Positions 59,929 to 64,000 of a stretch of 64,000 nucleotides of DNA are shown one piece after another. Below the pieces are notes generated by a model. It worked only from the letters and a program-made list of their open reading frames with translations, had not been told where the DNA came from and made no database searches. Source of the stretch: an uncultured virus (IMG/VR IMGVR_UViG_3300034110_001129). Taxonomy: Duplodnaviria; Heunggongvirae; Uroviricota; Caudoviricetes. The DNA lies in the IMG/VR virus record IMGVR_UViG_3300034110_001129; one strand, written 5' to 3'. The position numbers and the translations under genes were made by a program. The first letter of the stretch is position 1. Every line of letters starts with the position of its first letter.

Positions 59929-60690
59929 TTAGTAAGCCGTCATTGCATAAAGTTGAAGTCTTTGTTTGAACTCAGTAGAACTGTAGTCGTAAACTGTATC
60001 CATATAGTATTCTGGAAACAGTTCAAACAAGGGTGAGTTATCCTTGGCAATAGCAAGATTAATCAATAAAAATTCATCATCAAGTATAATATTATCAGTT
60101 ACAACAGATTCAGAAATCATTTTAGGGAAAGTATCATCACCATATTTAGATCGGATTGTAATAAAAGATTTTTTTATAATACTTATAATATTAAAATTAC
60201 AATCAAATACAAGAGTTGTTTCAATAAAATTGATCTTGTTATTTTTATGATTTATGGAATCAAGAATAATATCAAAATTGCAAACAATATTTTTAATTTT
60301 TTTATTTTCGTAATTAAGTGACCACCGCTCACCCATTAATACAGAGTTAGCATAAACGTCAGAACAAAAACGTTGAAAAGTTTTTACATCTTTCAACGCC
60401 ATTCTTGAACTTATCTCCATTGTTCCGGGTTTATTGACGTTTTTAGAAATAGACAACACACCTTCGTTATATTTATCATCTTTAAAGAATACGCCATTAA
60501 AAAGGCTGTACTGAACATAGATATTATCAAAAGAATGATTAAAACTATCCTGAACGCAAACCTTTTTCATTAAGTCCACATACTCCATAGCAATAGACTC
60601 AAGTCCAAGACAATAACCACGAAATTTCAAAAAAGGATAGACTAAAAAATTAGCAAGTCTATAAAGATAAATTTTAACGTAATCGTTCAT
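59929..60690 (-). CDS. C-terminal MxxY-tag family protein
   Basis: Ends STEFKQRLQLYAMTAY; start set at MNDYVK because promoter TTGATT-N17-TATAAT lies at 60727-60755. Confidence 0.75.
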   Translation of the reverse strand: MNDYVKIYLYRLANFLVYPFLKFRGYCLGLESIAMEYVDLMKKVCVQDSFNHSFDNIYVQYSLFNGVFFKDDKYNEGVLSISKNVNKPGTMEISSRMALKDVKTFQRFCSDVYANSVLMGERWSLNYENKKIKNIVCNFDIILDSINHKNNKINFIETTLVFDCNFNIISIIKKSFITIRSKYGDDTFPKMISESVVTDNIILDDEFLLINLAIAKDNSPLFELFPEYYMDTVYDYSSTEFKQRLQLYAMTAY

Positions 60691-60859
60691 GAAAGGTAAC
60701 CGTTTAAGTGGTGGAAAATATGCTTCATTATAGCAATTAGAAAGCCATAAATCAACAATTATTACACTGTCAACAATGTTCGTTGACAAGAGTGAGCATA
60801 TTCTGTATGATAGCAATTCTTAAAATATGACTCAATTAACTTAATAAAAAGGAACCAAA

Positions 60860-61621
60860 ATGATTAAACAACTAATAATTGGTATGCTGGCAATGTCAAT
60901 GTCTGTGCTAGCCTTGGCATCAACAAAAAATGACAATGACTTTCCTGCCGACTCTGAACCACATGAATATGCAATTGGATATAAGAATGCTAAAAATGGT
61001 TCAGGTTATCCACCAGAAATTTCTGAAATTGTCTCCAATGTCGGAAAACGTGATTATTTTGAAGTAGCAATCAATACTGAAAAAAACAAAAGTGTTTTCG
61101 CCCATATCGGGCTAAATCATATCAATTTAAGTGATATGAATGAGAATCATGTCACCTACATTGATGATATTATTTTTACAAAAGTAGACGGAATCTCTAT
61201 TATCAAAGTCTTGACAAAGGGTGATTTGAAAAATCTCCTAATTACAGACAATGATTATGCGGTAACCTATAAAACGGGTGGTGGTTATTTCCTCATGGGG
61301 ATTATTGAAACCAACTATAAACCAGAAAACTCAATTATTGAACAAAAAGAATATTTGACCGATAAAACTCGTCTATACTTGAAAGAAAAAGGTTACAAAG
61401 AAAATGACGCATGGTATACAGTGCGAGAGTATCCTACGTTCGTAAAAGAAGATATCGTGATTAGACTGCCACCTGTTGTTTATCAGAGAACCAGTGAAAA
61501 ATCATTTGTCATTACGATTGAAAACAAAAAACATTCTGAAAAATATAAAGAAACTCAAGAAGTGAAATACAACACTGAGTTTAAAGACAAGTTTCCAAGA
61601 TTTGAACAAATCTTAAAATAA
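60860..61621 (+). CDS. Secreted hypothetical protein
   Basis: Signal peptide ending ALA; AAGGA RBS; terminator at 61634-61657. Confidence 0.75.
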   Translation: MIKQLIIGMLAMSMSVLALASTKNDNDFPADSEPHEYAIGYKNAKNGSGYPPEISEIVSNVGKRDYFEVAINTEKNKSVFAHIGLNHINLSDMNENHVTYIDDIIFTKVDGISIIKVLTKGDLKNLLITDNDYAVTYKTGGGYFLMGIIETNYKPENSIIEQKEYLTDKTRLYLKEKGYKENDAWYTVREYPTFVKEDIVIRLPPVVYQRTSEKSFVITIENKKHSEKYKETQEVKYNTEFKDKFPRFEQILK

Positions 61622-61920
61622 GAATATAATTCGAAAGAGGCTCCGGCCTCTTTTTTTATTATTTTAAAAGCAAATATTAATTTAATCAATAATATTTAAA
61701 ACCATGAAACAAATGTATACAATTTAAATCTATATTCATCTTCTTAAAAAATACATTATTTAAGTTGATTAAAGGATATATTCAACACACACTATTTGAT
61801 TGTAAATATAAACAAACCCATCAAGCCCTTGACTTTTAAAGAATATTATATATAATTTTTCTCATATTAATAACATCTAAAAATGTAAGATAATATAACT
61901 AACTCACTTAGGAGAAAACT

Positions 61921-62505
61921 ATGGAAATTGTACTACTTATACTACTGGCTGTCATTGTTATCTGGTTCATCATGGGCTATAACAAATTTATCCGTTTGAT
62001 AGAAGCGGTCAAGAACTCACAAAAAGAAATTGGTGTCCAGTTGGATCGTCGTGGTAAGGTCTTTGATAGCTTGATTTCAACTGTAAAACAATACATGTCA
62101 CATGAAAACAATGTGTTGACAAAAATTACAGAACTCAGACAAAAAACAGTCAGCACTAACTTAACGGCTGAAGAAAAAACAGAAGCAGAAAACGAATTGT
62201 CTAAAATTGTTAGCAGCGGTAGCCTTCAAAGCGGTATCAGCATGACAATGGAAGCGTATCCAGATTTGAAAGCTAGCACGAACATGCTTCAACTTCAAGA
62301 AGAAATCGTTTCCACTGAAAACAAATTGAACTTTGCTAAGAAAGGCTACAACAACAACGTTGAAACTTATTATGTTGCTAAGAAAAGCTTCCCAAACCTC
62401 TTTTTACCAAAAATGTTTTCTGGTCTTAACCAAGAGTTTGAATACTGGTCATTGACAGAAGAACAAGTAAAAGTTGAAGAAGCAAGAAGAGTAGACTTTT
62501 CTTAA
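61921..62505 (+). CDS. lemA: LemA family protein
   Basis: N-terminal TM, YNKF, IGVQLDRR, EAYPDLKAS.NMLQLQEEI.STENK, YNNNV..Y. Confidence 0.93.
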   Translation: MEIVLLILLAVIVIWFIMGYNKFIRLIEAVKNSQKEIGVQLDRRGKVFDSLISTVKQYMSHENNVLTKITELRQKTVSTNLTAEEKTEAENELSKIVSSGSLQSGISMTMEAYPDLKASTNMLQLQEEIVSTENKLNFAKKGYNNNVETYYVAKKSFPNLFLPKMFSGLNQEFEYWSLTEEQVKVEEARRVDFS

Positions 62506-62523
62506 TTAATTGGAGAACTAACT

Positions 62524-63492
62524 ATGGATTTTAGAGAAACAATTCGTAAAAACAATACTAGAACCAAGTTGGTAATAGGAACGTATGTTGTCATCATGCT
62601 TTTTGTTGGCTTGCTGGCGGATGTAGCAATACGTCCTATTTATCCGCATAGTCTATCAGCAAGTCTTATGGGATACTTGAAATTCGTTCAAGTCCCTTAT
62701 GTAACATTAATCATTCTTGCTGCAACAGGTATTGGTATTTTTGCAATATCGAAGTTTGGTCATAAAATGATGTTGTCTGGAACAGAGTATAAACTACTTG
62801 ACCCAGAAGCTACGGGATCATTAGCACCAGAAGAAAAACAAGTGTTAAACATGATTCAAGAAATGGCATTAAGTGCAGGACTTCCTTACATACCGAAAGC
62901 TTATATTCTTGAAACTGCTGACATGAATGCCTTTGCGGCAGGTTGGAATGCCGATAACGCACTGGTTGGTGTGACAAGAGGTTTAATTACAGCATTAAAC
63001 AGAAGTGAATCACAAGCGGTGATAGCTCATGAAATTGGACACATCATTCATGGTGACTCCAAACTTACTCTATATGTCGGTATTTTGGCAAACGTTATTC
63101 TTACGTTTACAAACATATTTGCACACATAGCGATGTTTTTTACGGGTGGTCGTAACAGTGAAGCATCAAACAAAGCCAGATTGCTTTTAATTGTCCTAAA
63201 CTTAGTATTACCGATTATTACTCAAGTCTTATACTTGTATCTGTCCAGAACAAGGGAATACATGGCGGACGCGGCTGCAGTTCAATTAACTGGTGACAAT
63301 CAAGCGATGATATCGGCATTAAAAAAGATCTCTGGTTATCATGAACAACATGATGGTGAAAAAGAAGACGTAACCAAAGTGGGTGAGCATTACAGAGGGG
63401 CTGCATACATCTTTAATAAAGGTGACTCAGTATTCTCAACACACCCATCTATTGAGAATCGTATTAAAAAGTTAAATGGTGAAAAAATATAA
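62524..63492 (+). CDS. htpX: HtpX-like M48 membrane zinc metalloprotease
   Basis: NAFAAG, VTRGL, AVIAHEIGHI, SRTREYMADA, FSTHPSIENRI. Confidence 0.92.
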   Translation: MDFRETIRKNNTRTKLVIGTYVVIMLFVGLLADVAIRPIYPHSLSASLMGYLKFVQVPYVTLIILAATGIGIFAISKFGHKMMLSGTEYKLLDPEATGSLAPEEKQVLNMIQEMALSAGLPYIPKAYILETADMNAFAAGWNADNALVGVTRGLITALNRSESQAVIAHEIGHIIHGDSKLTLYVGILANVILTFTNIFAHIAMFFTGGRNSEASNKARLLLIVLNLVLPIITQVLYLYLSRTREYMADAAAVQLTGDNQAMISALKKISGYHEQHDGEKEDVTKVGEHYRGAAYIFNKGDSVFSTHPSIENRIKKLNGEKI

Positions 63493-63509
63493 ATGAATTG
63501 TAAAATAAG

Positions 63510-63535
63510 AAAGAGACAGAAATGTCTCTTTTTTT
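63510..63535 (+). terminator. Intrinsic terminator after htpX
   Basis: AAAGAGACA-GAAA-TGTCTCTTT-TTTT. Confidence 0.8.
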
Positions 63536-63594
63536 ATTGTGTTGACTTTAACATGTCGTTTTGATATCCTATCCATTCTTAAAGGACAATTAAA

Positions 63595-64000
63595 ATGATA
63601 AAACGAATAAAAAGTAATGGCACTTATTTAACTATATTATCATTCATATTAACAACTATCAGTTATTGCACACAATCATTAACAATAGGCAAAAAACCCA
63701 ATGGGGAGATGTTAATGCTTTTGCTGATTGTCGCATTTGTTATGATATTAGTACTAGATTATCTTGTATTAAAAAAAAGAAAATTTATCCATATTAGTAA
63801 AATTGAAATAGTCATTTTTTTAGCTTTACTGATAACATTATTTATTGATAAATGCATCATTCAAGTGCCAATGACATTCATACTTTATCTCAGTTTGACA
63901 CATTATGGCTATCGGATAATCAATTACAAGAAAATAGAAGACTTAAAATTACAATTAAAATATGAAGATATCAGAAAAGTTTTAAGTTTAGAAAATGAAT
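63595..64000 (+). CDS. Membrane protein, 3'-truncated by the window edge
   Basis: AAGGA RBS, ATG at 63595, open frame MIKRIKSNGTYLTILSF... with several hydrophobic segments and no stop before the end. Confidence 0.6.
   Translation, partial: MIKRIKSNGTYLTILSFILTTISYCTQSLTIGKKPNGEMLMLLLIVAFVMILVLDYLVLKKRKFIHISKIEIVIFLALLITLFIDKCIIQVPMTFILYLSLTHYGYRIINYKKIEDLKLQLKYEDIRKVLSLENE

Noticed and set aside
60768..60788. Inverted repeat TGTCAAC-N7-GTTGACA
   Set aside because: Explainable as back-to-back -35 hexamers in a divergent promoter region; no independent evidence for an operator.
24311..63492. Interpretation as an ordinary bacterial chromosome because of adk, gatCAB, lemA and htpX
   Set aside because: These genes are isolated among dozens of orphan cassettes and lack their usual chromosomal neighbours; a large mobile element fits better, though this window alone cannot prove it.
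1..64000. CRISPR array or long tandem nucleotide repeats
   Set aside because: No regularly spaced direct repeats seen; the recurring short sequences are promoters and terminators.
1..64000. Stop-codon reassignment (common in some jumbo phages)
   Set aside because: Known genes (adk, gatA, gatB, alkB, lemA, htpX) are full length in the standard code, and tagged genes end at the same motif position whether the stop is TAA, TAG or TGA.

Overview
AT-rich, densely coding 64 kb segment, read with the standard bacterial code and mostly on the minus strand. It looks like the accessory/early-gene region of a very large mobile element (jumbo phage or phage-like megaplasmid), probably of a gammaproteobacterial host. 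No virion, replication or conjugation genes are visible, so the element type is inferred. Recognisable genes: gatC-gatA-gatB, adenylate kinase, AlkB, lemA-htpX, a SleB-type cell-wall hydrolase, an HNH nuclease, an HD+P-loop kinase, a YfbR/DatZ-like HD hydrolase, a NAGPA-type phosphodiester glycosidase, a MerR-like HTH + VWA pair, a GHKL ATPase with an SSB-like FDDIPF tail, an ATP-grasp enzyme, DUF305 and a PtrA-like small protein. Main observation: 23 orphan proteins of about 200-405 aa, with mostly unrelated N-termini, share one extreme C-terminal signature, (acidic)-hydrophobic-x-x-M-x-x-[I/Y/V/F/C]-stop (Met at -4 in 22 of them). None of the recognisable enzymes has it, which suggests an undescribed tagged-cargo or adaptor system. 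Also seen: a self-contained 133-nt tRNA-like RNA gene, two other small orphan transcription units, and near-consensus sigma70 extended -10 promoters and hairpin terminators around many genes. All calls come from reading motifs by eye; no database searches were run.
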